64,000 nt of DNA, from contig NC_042999.1 in assembly GCF_006345805.1 (NCBI RefSeq), positions 11,346,001-11,410,000 on the forward strand, in the 5' to 3' direction. The notes under the pieces were generated by a model that had not been told where the DNA came from, searched no databases, and saw only the letters and a program-made list of their open reading frames with translations. The position numbers and the translations under genes are program-made. The DNA is from Octopus sinensis (lineage: Eukaryota). Positions 28,336-41,504 of this stretch are shown in pieces. The stretch's first letter is position 1, and every line of letters begins with the position of its first letter.

Positions 28336-29529
28336 GCCTAGTCATTGAGAAGACCAAGGTTTGATAAAGAGCTTGCTTTATTTTAGCTGCAAAACCTTTC
28401 AATATAGTTCAAGTCACCAGAATCCATTCAGATAAGCAGATATATGAATTATAAAAGATACAGAAGAAAAACTTTCATTTCGCTGCTCATTGTGTATAAA
28501 CAAAGTGAAAGGGAGATAGATCACATCCTTTAGTATTTCAATTTATAAAATTCTTTTTCATTGGTTGACATAACAAAAGATTCCCTCAGATGCACTGATT
28601 TGACTAATCACAACTTTAGTCAGGTTCTGATCCTAAACACAGGCTAATGATGTATATATTTACAGAATATTTAAAAATTAATAAATAATGCCAAATCTTT
28701 TTTTTTTTTTTGAACACTGAGCTAGAGATTGGACTAAACATTGCCACGGGTTGGATCATGTCCAAAAAGCCCTGCAAGACATGACAATGAAATCTCAATC
28801 AAAATTACACCCCACTGACTTATAAGAGGAAAGAACAAATCAAATAATGTAGTCTTTTATGCATCTAAAAAGACAGGGTTTCTTTCTTGCCAAGAATGGC
28901 CTTGTTTCAGTTTTTGTTTCCCAAATCTATTCAGAAGGCTCACAAAGCTTTAATCAGTCTGAAAGTCAAGGGGCCTCACAATGTAAGTGAACCTGAAATC
29001 ATATGGTTGGAAAGTGAATACTTCTTAAGCACAGAGCCATGCCTGCAAAAATATACATTTGTGCAACTTTTCCAAATCATTTTATATTAATTAGTATTTG
29101 TATGCGATCACAAATTTTAAATCACTTTGGTCCTCACAGAGACAATGTGGCACCTGTGCCAATGTCACATAACTGGCACCCATTACTCTCTCTCTCGGAT
29201 TGGTTGGTATTAGGAGGGGCATCCAGCTGTAGAAACCATGCCAGCATGGACAACACAAGTTAAATGATGATGATGATGATGATGATGGTGGTTTCCACAA
29301 TTCATATTTAAGTTTTGTCTTTAAATGTTGTCTTGTTTAAAATCTGTGAAGATTTGAGAATGTATTATTTGTAATTTCAGCCATTTCAACATTATATAGA
29401 TATTGCTTGATATTGTAAACTTGGTAAATATGCATGGCTTAGTGGTTAGGGTATTTGGCTCACAATTGGAAGGTCAGAAGTTCGATACCCAGCAGTGCAT
29501 TGTCCTTAAGCAACATATTTTATTTTGCG

Positions 29530-29760
29530 GCAAGATGGCAGAATTGTTAGCACGCTGGGCGAAATGCATAACCGTATTTCGTCTGCCGTTACGTTCTGAG
29601 TTCAAATTCCACCGAGGTCGACTTTGCCTTTCATCATTTCGGGGTCGATAAATTAAGTACCAGTTACGCACTGGGGTCGATGTAATCGACTTAATCCGTT
29701 TGTCTGTCCTTGTTTGTCCTCTCTGTGTTTAGCCCCTTGTGGGTAGTAAAGAAATATATG
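29530..29760 (+). mobile_element. SINE family C (ggcagaattgttagcacg...gttcaaattcc...gaggtcgactttgcctttcatc)
   Basis: Related copies near 13980, 20990, 32800 (-), 36570-36910, 45190 (-), 49490 (-) and 50535-51530. Confidence 0.8.
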
Positions 29761-32700
29761 TTGCACCGGTCCAATCAGCTGGCAAAAATAAGTTGTACCT
29801 GTAATTTCAAAGGGGGCCAGCCTTGTCACACTCTGTATCACGTTGTATCTCCCTGAGAACTACACTAAGAGCACACGTGTCTGTGGAGTGCTCAGCCACT
29901 TGCACGTTAATTTCACCAGCAAGCTGTTCCATTGAATGGATCAACTGGAACCCTCATCGTCCTAACTGACAGAGTGCTACATGTAAACATGGTGGCAAAT
30001 TTTTATTTGGAAACAAATGATATTAAATACATTCACATCAAACCATCAACTCAAACATTAGAGTTATCTCGATATGGCCACCTTCCTTGAAAATACAGAC
30101 CCATGCACCCTCACCCAGACCATCTGTGCCTCCTCCGTCCCATATAGCTAACCCTTGTCCACTCGGGTTCAAGTTGTAAATGAATTCTTTATCATTAATG
30201 TGAAACTAAAAATTAAATTTTTGCCTCAACTTCAAGTGACTATTTTCTGGAGGGGAACCCCAGTTTGCATGTACAAAATTTCAGTTACAAGACTTTGGTT
30301 GGCTCAAGACTACAGCAGAAGACACTTGCTGGAGGTACTATGCAGTAGAACAGAACCAAAAACAAGGTCACTGCTAGTAAATTTCTTACCCATACGACCA
30401 ATAACCATGCCTGCACTCAGAATAATGGAAAGAAAAGAGGAAATGGATATCAAGAGGTGAAGAGTAAATTCTTCTGGTACTTTTGCGTTTTATAATCATA
30501 AAATAAAAATTGAAACATTGACCCTATTTGGCAATCTTCAGATGAATGTGTTGAAGAGGCACCCCAACGTTTTTAGTGCTGAACATGGCAATCCCTGCCA
30601 CAACCACAAAAAAATGCTTTGAAATATTTAATCCTCTCTGCATCCAATTTTTTTTTTTTATTCTCCGTTAAAAAAAGGAAGAGAATATACTTCTGAAAAA
30701 AAAACGTTCCCCCCCCCCCATTTCTGGATTGTTGGGGTTACGGTAATTTGTTAGTTTTCTACTTTCACTTTGTGATCGTAAGACGAAAGAGTACCATACT
30801 TTTTTTAGGTGTGTAGTTTGAGTGAGTGGGGAAAGTGTAAATGATATCCGTACAAAGAAAGGATGGCAAAAACGATAATAAAAATAAACGTTGAACGAAA
30901 GGAAATACAGACGAGAATGACAAGATTACCAGAATAAACATGTAATTATGTCTAATAATACTTTAAAAAAAAAAACAGTGAAAGGGAATTACTTGAGAGA
31001 AATTGCGTGTGGAAAGAGGAAAGATCATAGAAAAACTGTTAGGTGTTTGACCTCAGATTTCCAGTTCTGTGATATTTTATTCCACCTCATTTAAGAGACA
31101 CCCAAATGTTGTTGAAATTACTAGACGAGAAGTTTCCGTTATTAATAGGAATTTGCTTTGCTTCCTTCGTAAGCACAGCGAAACACTTAATTAACTGCTA
31201 TTCATTATTATTTCCATTTATGTTCTGCGAGTACCATTTATATATATATTACTATTAAAGGCTTATTCGAAAGTTATTAAAGTTAATTACGCAACACAGT
31301 TTGTCATGCGTCCCGTTTTGAAATAGGTTCTCGGTGCAATGTTTAAGAGTTTGGTTGGTAGACAGAATATGATCAGAATCTTTGAGAGGAAATGAAGTGA
31401 GCTGGGAGTGTTAATTCATTTTGAAACACTGTGTCAGGATAGATGTGAAATAGGGGAAAGTAAGGAGGAGGAGGGCGGAAAGAGAAGTGAAAGAAGATAA
31501 AAGATCGATAGATGGAAATGGAAGGATAACAGCGGCTAACAAGACAAAGAGAAAAATCAAGAATAATAGGTTTGTTTCAATTCTTCCTTCATTTCCGCCA
31601 TTTAAAAAATATCTAAAAGTAGAGAGCAATAAGTTTTAGAAGCTGGTTAATGAAGACAGGAAATGCTTTCTTGCAAAGTTCTTAATTTTTGTCTCTAAAC
31701 AGAAGTTATTAAGAGCAAAAAATAATTATCGTACAAGGGAAAGCGAAGCCTAATTATTAATAGCTTAAATCATTTCCCAATCTACTTTGCAAACTAAATA
31801 ACATTTCCTTCCAAACCCCTTGCGATTACTTTTATTTGAAGAGCAACGAGGTCAATATAACATTTGCTAAATGCAAGTCAGAACATGCTTCGCTGAAAAG
31901 GGCTAACAAGACCAAAACATGTCCGGAGTTATCCTACCTTACAAACGCTCAGCCCACCCCTCCCCTCTCTACAGCATGCTTCCATTCAATTTTCTAATCA
32001 GTTTGGATTTCTGAGTTGGTTCTTTTGCTTTCTTAACAAGTATTGTCATTGGAGTGATGACTTTGTTCTTGCTAAAACGTATAATTTAAATTTGGTATAC
32101 TTTTGAGGAGAGAGGAGAGCTCACAACACCAATTAACTCGCTGCTGCAATTAACTATATATTCTATATGCAGAAGACATCCCTGGGAAATGTTCTCTTGG
32201 CAATCTTACACAAGCCACGCGTTAGGGAGATAATTCTTTCATCCCTTTCATTTACAAGGAAAATATTTCAATGAACTTTTATACGATACTTAGAATTTTA
32301 AAAAAAATTGTATCTCTTTTCCTTTGTTCTTTTTCCATGTTATGATATGCTTTCTCTGTAATGCAAAGAAAGCGCTGACTTATCAGTCTGTTCTTGAGAT
32401 AAATCATGGGAAAGTCGAAAGATTTATAATTCAGGATGAAATTCATCTAAATATCTAAAATTTTCATTATTTTTTTTTATACCAGAAAAACTCTGGTATA
32501 AGATTGCCAAAAAAAAACTCTATAAAACATTGCTTTGTTTTTCTAATTTGAATATATTCGTGACTTACCCCAAAACTCCGTAAACGAATTTCTCTTCTGG
32601 CTATAACATCTCAATTATCCTTGATGTAATCTTTTTAATCTTCTGAGTGAATTTGGTGAAATGGTAAAGTCATGAAAGTAGGATCAGCGACATAGATCTT

Positions 32701-33059
32701 CGTACATATAAGAACAATATCAGGGCGAAAGACATTGGCAGAGAAACGAACCGATATTCTTTCTCTTCCGACCTCCAATTCGCTCTTTATTGTCTTAAAG
32801 CTCATTAATATTCATAATTATGGTTCCAAAATTTGGCTCGAGGCCAGCAATCGCAGAGGTTGGAAGTTAGTCGGTTACATCAACCCCTGTACTTGGCTGG
32901 TACTTCATTTTGTCGATTCCGAAAGAATGAAAAGCGAAGAAGACGATGGCGGGATTTGAACTCATTATTCATAACAACGTGATTAAAAAAGAATGATTTC
33001 GTTTTGGGATTTGGTTTGCAAGATTCTTTATGGGAGTTCGTGTGTCGAAGCATATTTTG

Positions 33060-33337
33060 TTGTGTCTGGGGAGAGCCATTCTCTTTTAGTGCCTTATTAG
33101 TTTAACACACTCACCAGTAAAATTTCCCCTCATTTACTTATTTATTTTTCTAAAATTTTCTTTGCGTCTTGCAACCTTTTCAGTGGTTTTTGACCATTGT
33201 TGTTGAGGGTACAACTATTGAAAAGGTTGCAAGACGCAACGAAAATTTTAGAAAAGTAAATAAACAAGTGGAAATATTTACCGGTGAGTGTGTTACATTA
33301 TAAGGCACCAAAAGAGAAAGACTCTCCCCAGACACAA
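33060..33337. mobile_element. Palindromic MITE-like element
   Basis: Termini ttgtgtctggggagag / ctctccccagacacaa; arms pair over about 125 bp around a short spacer. Confidence 0.85.
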
Positions 33338-33629
33338 TGAAAAAAAATTAAAGAAGTCGAAACTTATAGAAGCAGTGAATGCTGAGGCTTCTCCGATCAT
33401 TTGTAATTATCTAACTCTTAATTTCAAAACTGCTTCTTCTAAAACTCCAAAAATATCTTTTAGAAACTTTTGCAATGATATTCATTGAGAGGCGAAGAAC
33501 CAGCGACTGAGAATAGCTTCTAAGAAGTAAAGGTTCGTTAATGTCTTGAGACTGAGATTAGGAAAGAGTGGAGCCAGAAGCTATGTCACCCAACTTCCAG
33601 GAGCTGAAAAATAGGGGTACATCTAATCT

Positions 33630-34974
33630 GGGCATAACTACAGATTACTCCCCCCACCGACTTTGGATGATCATAACTTTCAGAAAAATGGATATTTCTT
33701 AATGAAATTTTCTACGAAATGTAGATTCCGAATATACAGAACTTATGGGGGGAGGAAGTGTTTTAGGAGGGGAATTTCGGAAAAATTAACCGGCGTCCAC
33801 TTCAATTCGTCTTAACTTTCAAGAAAATAGATATTTTTTTAATGAAATTTCCTACAAGTATACCTTGGATTATGTAGATTCCGAGAACATAGGAATTTGG
33901 GGGAAAAACAATTCGGGGTTACTTTTGAGGACCGTTCCTCACTCGGGAACTTGTTTCGGAACAAGTCGTCCATATTTCTTTCGTTTTCTCTGTTTTGTGC
34001 ATCCGTAGATTTGTAATGAAGCTGTCACCAGAAAACTCGTTATGCTAAAAATACCAGCTAAAAGGTCTTTCTAACAGAAGGACATTGACTTGAATAATTC
34101 CCCGTTTGAACTTTTTTAATTACATATTTGTGTGGGCAACACCCCCACCCCTATTTCCTTCATTTTAAACTTTTTTCAGAATCTGTTTATTTTTTTTTTT
34201 TTTTTTCCAAAATATGCGGAATAATACGGAGATTTTGATTCTGAAAGAAATTTCCAAAAATATTTGTAAAATTTTTCTAATTTTTTCTAAATATGCGGAA
34301 AAATACGGAGATTCTGATTCGAACATAAATTTCAAAACATTTCTGTACTTTACGGTTTTAGGGTTAGAGTTTTAGGGATGGGGTTGGGGGGAAAAAGTCA
34401 AAATTTAAGAAGTGGGGGGGGGGCGGTTCACAATGCCGACTTTTGGCAATTTTCCAGAACCTGCGAATCCGAAAACGGGGATTTTTGGCAAAAAATCTTT
34501 TTAAATAAATAAATTTGGGAGAAAACGAGGGGGAGACGGGGGTGGAAGTCTTTCCTTTGTGTGTGTGTGGGGGGGGGGACTAGAAATCTACGGATGCACA
34601 AACGCACAAAACGGAGAAAATGAAACAAATATTGAAGACTTGTTCCGAAACACCCCCGAGTGGGGAACGGTCCTCAAAAGTAACCTCCAATTGTTTTCCC
34701 CCCAAATTCCTATGTTCTCGAAATCTACATAGTCCGATGTATATTTGTAAAAAATATCATTTAAGAATATCAACTTTCTTGAAAGTCAAGATGAATTGAA
34801 GTAGACGTTGGTGAATTTTCCGAAATTCCCCTCCCCTCCTAAAACAAAGTTTTGTATATTCGGAATTTACATGATATAATACATATTCTTAGGAAATTTC
34901 ATTAAAAATATCCATTTTTCTGAAAGTTATGATCATCCAAAGTCGGGTGTGGGCAGAAATCTGTAGTTATGTCC
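33630..34974. mobile_element. Non-autonomous foldback DNA transposon with ~385-bp modular TIRs and 6-bp TSD TAATCT
   Basis: 33630-34012 is the imperfect reverse complement of about 34582-34974; TAATCT at 33624-33629 and 34975-34980. Confidence 0.8.
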
Positions 34975-35399
34975 TAATCTGCATTGTTATGCCTTTGGTC
35001 TTTATGAAAAATTGCATTCCTTCATGGTTTTTAAAGACTGCTGATGCCTCGAATGTCTCGAGATGGTTAGACCTAAGAATGGGGAGAGAGAGAAAAAAAA
35101 CGGTTTCTCGAACCTCTCGACGTAATACTTCTGGCGAAAGGCCGGATCTGTTTCAATGATTTCAGTTATCAGAAATAACATGGTCCATATCTCGGGAAGA
35201 ACAACTGTTTAATGCCGTTTCTAATTATGTAACGTAAATACAGTACGACTGAATGATTAAGAAGTTTGCTTTACAACCTCGAAGGCTCAGGGTTCGATCC
35301 CATAGCATCTCGAATAAACAGTTCTCTAAATCCTCAGGTTGACCCATTCCTTGCGAGTGAATCTGGGTAGACAGAAACCGGTCGGGTGGATTGTGTTTT

Positions 35400-35730
35400 T
35401 TTAATTCAAAAGGAGCGACCGTGTCACTGTGTCGTTGAATTTGCCTGAGAATTACGTTAAGGATACAAATGTCTGAGATATACTCGGCCACTTATATGTC
35501 ATTCAGGAGCAGGCAATTCGGTTGATCGAACCAATGAATCGTAATCGTCGAAAGCGACGGAGATCCACCACCGCCCTCACCACAAGTCGTGTCAACCCTT
35601 CTCAAGATAGCAGAACAGTGTCGCTTGTTTTCTCATCGACAAATATGTTTTGTCAAAGTCGACATTTCCTCTGCTCATCCATTCAATAGAATACTTCTTC
35701 ATCTTCCTTCGTCTTCTCCCTGGATATTTT
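35400..35730 (+). promoter_or_regulatory. Probable MEI4 promoter / 5' UTR
   Basis: CpG-rich relative to the CpG-poor surroundings, with a CCAAT box at 35531, immediately upstream of the predicted ATG. Confidence 0.4.
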
Positions 35731-35770
35731 ATGAAAATTATGGAAACAGAAATTTCACTTGAAACCTTGG
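35731..35770 (+). CDS. MEI4: MEI4-like coding exon 1 (MKIMETEISLETL, phase-1 donor); start may be ATG 35731 or in-frame ATG 35740
   Basis: ATG followed by G|gtatgt donor at 35770/35771. Phase 1 matches the exon 2 acceptor (G+AG = Glu). Lies just downstream of a CpG-rich promoter-like stretch. Confidence 0.6.
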
Positions 35771-36941
35771 GTATGTTTAAATATATGGGGAGAAATTTAG
35801 GAATATTTGTCCCTGCCCCACGGGGAAGGAAAACTGCAAGGAATTTCGGTATTTCTTTCCTCCTCCTCATAATTTCGTGATTTATTCAACAGGATTTCTG
35901 ATTTTGAGAGAATTTCTTGTCTTTTTCCCCTCACAAAAAAAAAAAAACTTCCAATTTTTTAATTTCTTCTCTCCAGTTCATGTTGTACATATATATATAT
36001 ATATGTATATATATGTATATATATGTATATATATATATGTAGATATACATACATACACCGACATGTGTATACGTGTGTGTGTGTGTATGAAATATATATA
36101 CGTATATATATATATATTTTAATAGCATTTTTCAGAAGTATTTTTTCTAGAATCTGGATTACAAAATGTTGAGGTTTCAAACATATAAATCTGAAATCAT
36201 GAAGTGAAAAATGTTAAAGTTACACAAAGTCGGGGCGGAGATAACGATCCGAAAATCCCCATAAAAAAATATATTATTTCCTAAATTATATTGATATCAT
36301 TGTAATCTAAACCATCGAAAACGTACCCTTGAAAAATTTCACTCTAATATAAATATATACTTCCGAATTTTAGGAGGGCACAGATTTGTGATGGGGCACC
36401 AAAGTGCAGTTAGACCCAGCAACGTCCTGTCGTCTGGTGCCAGTCATTTCTGTGTTGGTCCAGCTGGAATTTATGTCTATTAATCTTTTTTTATTTTGTA
36501 TCGGGAATTTAATTTATGTTTTGATTACGAGAGAAAAACCTTTAAAGTCTGTGCCTGCTTACGATCTCGGTGGAGTTCTGAGTTCGAATTTCGCCGAGGT
36601 CCATTTTGACCTCCGGGGCCAATAAAAATGCACACTGAGGTCGATGTAATCGACTGACTCCTTTCTCCCAAATTTTAGACTTTGTGCCTATAGTAGAAAG
36701 GATCATTATTATTATAAAGGCAACGATCTGACAGACCCGTTAGCATGCCGGATAAAATGCTGAGCGTTATTTCGTCCGTCTTTACGTTCAAATTCTTCTT
36801 CAGCGGAGGTCGACATTGCCTTTAATCCTTTCGGATTCGATAAACGAAATACCAGTGGAACACTAGGGCCGATTAGTCCCCTCTCCCCAAATTTCAGGCC
36901 TTGTGCCCATAGAAAGAATTATTATTATTATTATTATTATT

Positions 36942-37471
36942 GAGTGAGAGAGCAATCATGCCCTCAAAGTGACACTGGGGTAAAATATACGAAGCCCAAT
37001 ATACCCATCATGACTACCCGTCTGATAAAGGTATACCAGGCACATGCATCACAACCATATGTGCGCGACATGGTGATCTCATATCAAGATAAACAGCACA
37101 TGACCTTGCAGGTGGGGCCCAGTTAGAATTTTCTTCAGGTTGAGTAGCCCATCCCGCTCAAAAGGTCCCTGAATAAGGGTTGTTTAAGGATGTTGAAAGA
37201 ACCACCCACGTTTCCAGAGGTGAATTATTCAAACCCCAAAGAATCCCTCTCAACACAAGGCTATGATGCTCCCCCACTACTTCTGCTCGTGATCAGAGAT
37301 GCACATATCGTCAGCCACTAAGGGACATGCTCAACTGGTTAAGGTCAAACAACTGACAAGCAAATCTGTGGTATTGAGCAGAATATTTGCTGTAGCCCAT
37401 CTTTTATACCAAGACAAAACAATGTACATGATATCACTTCCAATCAGTTAAGATCAGAAGCCATGAGAGCC
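36942..37471 (-). mobile_element. (AAT)n-flanked 530-bp repeat
   Basis: (TTA)n on both sides; homologous copies at 21201 and 49742. Confidence 0.85.
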
Positions 37472-37504
37472 TTATTATTATTATTATTATTATTATCATT
37501 ATTA

Positions 37505-37536
<32 letters not shown>

Positions 37537-37537
<1 letters not shown>

Positions 37538-38860
37538 TATGTTTGACTTTTGCTTTATATTTGTACAAGTTGGCTCCAAGTCTCACCCAGAGACCTCAAG
37601 AGACAACAGGGTTGGAAGTTCATGTTGTTGTTATGCCTAGTGTGCCATATATTTGGGGGTGTGGGGATTGTACTAATGAATGTCTAAAAAAAAAAGGTTT
37701 TTATTTTTTTTTAAATGAAAATTATGTTTGTTTTAAACCTTGAGATTACATAGAGAGTATTTTGCGTAGGATATGAGCAGTTCCCATGAGCTATCTTTTG
37801 AACTTCTGCCATTTTGGGTTTCCTGGTATCTGAGTTAGGTAGCTATCAGCCCCTTTTGCTATCATTCCCAGGGCACCTATGACAACAGGTATTGTTTTAG
37901 TCTTCAGCTTCCACATTTTGCTGATTTCTATTTCAAGATCTTTATATTTGCTCAGTTTTTGGTAGGTCTTGACAGATACGTTTATATCGATTGGGACAGT
38001 CATATCAATGAGGAGGCATGTTCTTTGTTTGAAGTTTTTCAATATGATGTCTGGCCTATTTGCATCTATCTTCCTGTCAGTTTGAATGGTGAAGTTCCAG
38101 AGAAGTGAGATGTGGTCATTTTCAAGCACTGGGGGTGGTTTGTGTTCCCACCAGTTTTTTTCATGGGGCAAATCCAGGTTTTTACAGATTACCCAGTGAA
38201 TATATGTGCAGCTCTATCGTGCCTGTTGAGATACTCTGTAGGCGCTAGAAGACTGCACTTGGAGACCACATGGTCAATGGTTTCATTTTGTTGCTTGCAT
38301 ACACGACACGTTGGACTGCTTCTGATCTTTAATATGTTGGCCTGGTAGTTTCTTGTTGGTAGGCATTGATCTTGAGCTGCTATGATAAACCCCTCTGTTT
38401 CAGATTTTAAGCCAGAGGCCATTAGCCATTGATGGGTCAGGGCTTTGTCGATATCTGCATTATTCGCTCTCTTTGGGTATTTGCCATAGAGAGGTTTTTC
38501 TTGCCATTTATTATTCAGAATATCTAAGGCCGCAGTTTTGGCAGGTTTTCATGCGCCTAGCTTTTTCTGTGCTTGTTTCTTGTATATCTATCTCTAATTC
38601 CGAAATTGGTTGTATCGGAATTCACTTAGATATTCCTTTGCCTGTTTTGTGACTGAGTATGATGCTTTCTTGTTTTCATGTTTTGAGACAAGTTTTAGCA
38701 TCCAGTCCTCAGAGTTTTTCAGGTAGGTGTCTAGGCCAATTGTAGCAATCTTCATTGTTATGCCAGTTGCAAAAGACCACGGCCTCCCTCTTTTTTGGCA
38801 GATAGAGTCGTTCTGTATCTGCCTTAGGGTGGTGCATTCTATGCATTGTCAACAGTTCCT
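37537..38860 (-). mobile_element. 5'-truncated R4/Dong-clade non-LTR retrotransposon (CCHC knuckle plus restriction-like endonuclease), frameshifted
   Basis: HHPKADTERLYLP..GGRGL, ETEGFIIAAQDQ, CRVCKQQNETIDHVVSKC, NRPDII...LIDMTVP, KLSKYKDL and TIPVVIGALG motifs. Confidence 0.88.
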
Positions 38861-38877
38861 TATTTTTTTTTTTTTTT

Positions 38878-39039
38878 TTTTTTTTTTCTTATTATTATTA
38901 TTATTATCATTATTATTATATATTATTATATTATTATTATTATATTATATCATATTATCATTATTATTATTATTATTATTATTATCATATTATTATTATT
39001 ATTATTATTATTATTTCATTATTATCATTATTATTATCA

Positions 39040-39080
<41 letters not shown>

Positions 39081-39180
39081 TATTATTATTATTATTATCA
39101 TTATTATCATTATTATTATTATATTATTATATCATTATTATCATTATTATTATTATTATTATATTATCATTATTATCATT

Positions 39181-39213
<33 letters not shown>

Positions 39214-39233
39214 CATTATTATCATTATTATTA

Positions 39234-39269
<36 letters not shown>

Positions 39270-39286
39270 CATTATTATCATTATTA

Positions 39287-39323
<37 letters not shown>

Positions 39324-39375
39324 CATTATTATTATATTATTATCATTATATCATTATTATTATATTTTATTATTA

Positions 39376-39439
<64 letters not shown>

Positions 39440-39493
39440 CATTATTATCATTATTATTATCATTATTATTATTATTATCATTATTATCATATA

Positions 39494-39541
<48 letters not shown>
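38878..39541. repeat. About 660-bp (ATT)n/(ATC)n trinucleotide array
   Basis: Direct reading of the sequence. Confidence 0.98.
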
Positions 39542-39543
<2 letters not shown>

Positions 39544-40341
39544 AATTCACATTTAATGAGAAAGCTCCCTTTTTTTTTCTTATTTTGTTTTCAGTTGGTC
39601 AGTCAATTCAATAACGACTCCTGGTGACTCTTTAAATGTATCTATGGACATGATTTCCTGGAGGGGGGTGGAATATACTGCAAAGATTCACTAGAACGGA
39701 CACATAGGATAAAACAGTCCCAGAAACTCAGTGTAGGGAAAAAAATTAAAAAAGGTGGGCTGGTCAGATTTGAACCATCGTTGATTATAATTGTGATTCA
39801 TCCAAAGTGATGAACTGGGGCTTAAACAGCAACGACTTTGTGAATGGAAGAGGAAAAATAGGATTTTACTTTGAAATTCCAATTCATTAATCCTTGTCCA
39901 TTTCTCTCTGTCTCTCACTTGTAATTTTCCTCAGATATTGGGTCAGTTTTAAGCCCCATAGCCTTGTCGGTTATGAGGTGATCATAATCATCTCAAGTGC
40001 TGGTTTCTCCAAAAAGAAGCACTCAATACACTTTGCAAAGCGGTGGGTTTTAAGAAGGGTTTCCAGCCATAGAAATTATGCCAAAGCAGACATTCGTTCT
40101 GTGTAACATAATGCAGTCAAGTGTTCCTCTGATGGTCTGTTATGGTTCAGCATCCATTTGCGCCTGAAACATCCAGAGCAGAGGTTACAAATCACCACAA
40201 TGGGGAAACATATGTAGGGAACAAATGATAGAAATTTGTGTTTATCATAATTTCTCTCTCTTTCCATATATTTATTTTAATTAATATTATTATTATTATT
40301 ATTATTATTTATCAAAAATTGTTTTTCCTGATTCTTTCAAG

Positions 40342-40566
40342 AGCAACAATACATCCTTAAAATCAAACTTGCCATTGCTTTCGCTATTTTGAGAAACAAA
40401 CCTAAGGAGATTCCAACCAGCCAATATGTTGAGGGCCTCATGTCGGACTACCAAAAACAGATTTCTCATTTGCCAGATGATTCTTACGATACTAACCGAA
40501 ACCATTTAATCAGCTGCCAACAGCAATTAATTAATCAGCTGGAATCCAGTAATTTAATATTTCGGG
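40342..40566 (+). CDS. MEI4: MEI4-like coding exon 2 (QQYILKIKLAIAFAILRNKPKEIPTSQYVEGLMSDYQKQ...LIFR)
   Basis: ttcaag| acceptor and G|gtaag donor; 225 nt, phase 1-1, open. KLAIAFAILRNKP..SQYVEGL matches the conserved MEI4 N-terminal motif (human, from memory: KLALALAIIRSKP..REYTEHL). Confidence 0.85.
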
Positions 40567-40690
40567 GTAAGAACATTAAAGAAATTTTTTTTTGTTTCAT
40601 CAATGTATAATTATTAGCAGCAACAACAGCTAATAATTATACATTGTAATTTAAACAATGTATAAATAAATACATATATATATATATAGT

Positions 40691-40799
40691 GTTGTGTCTG
40701 GGGAAAGTCATTCTCTTTTAGTACTCTATAATTTAACACATTCACCAGTAAAATTTCCACTTATTTCCTTCTTTAATGGAAATTTTACCCAGACACAAC
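40691..40799. mobile_element. Internally deleted copy of the 33060 MITE, in MEI4 intron 2
   Basis: gttgtgtctggg...cccagacacaac termini; the left ~70 bp is colinear with 33060. Confidence 0.75.
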
Positions 40800-41504
40800 A
40801 GAATATGCTTCAACACACAAACTCACATAAAGCAAACCAAATTCAAAAACGAAATATATATATATCATCATCATCATCATTTAACGTCCACCTTCCATCC
40901 TGGCATGGGTGGGACGGTTTCACAAGAGCCAACCAGGCAGAAGCCTGCACCAGACTTCGGTGTCTGTTTTGGCAGAATTTTTCAACTGGATGCCCTTCCT
41001 AAACACCAACCACTCAGGCTGTTATTTATTGGCCTGTGTGAAGATGCATGACTCAGTGGTTAGAGTGTCAGGTTCACAATTATGAGGTAATGAGTTCAAT
41101 TCCTGGACTGAGCTGTGTGCTGTGTTCTTGAGCAAGACACTTTATTTCATGTTGCTCCAGTTCACTCACCTGTAGAAATAAGCTGCAATGTCACAGGTGC
41201 CAGGTTGTATCGGCCCCTTTGCCTTTCTCTCGGATAACATCAGTGGCGTGGAGAGTGGAGGCTGGTATGCATGGGCAACTGCTGGTCTTCCATAAACAAC
41301 ATTCCCTGCACTTGTGCCTTGGAGGGTAACTTTCTAGGTACAATCCCATGGTCATTCATGATTGAAGGGGCTGCTTTTTTTTACCCTCTTTACCCTAGTA
41401 CAACACTCACTTGTAGATTCACTGTGCATTTACAACAAGAAGCAATTGTGAGACACAATACCACACACCAAAGTTTGATAGAAAAATACTAATAGACAAC
41501 ACTT

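Noticed and set aside
34350-34385. Interstitial telomere (ttttagggttagagttttaggg)
   Set aside because: Only two or three degenerate units, inside the foldback element.
38727-39614. 295-aa and 232-aa poly-Y/I/L/H ORFs
   Set aside because: Translations of the (ATT)n/(ATC)n array.
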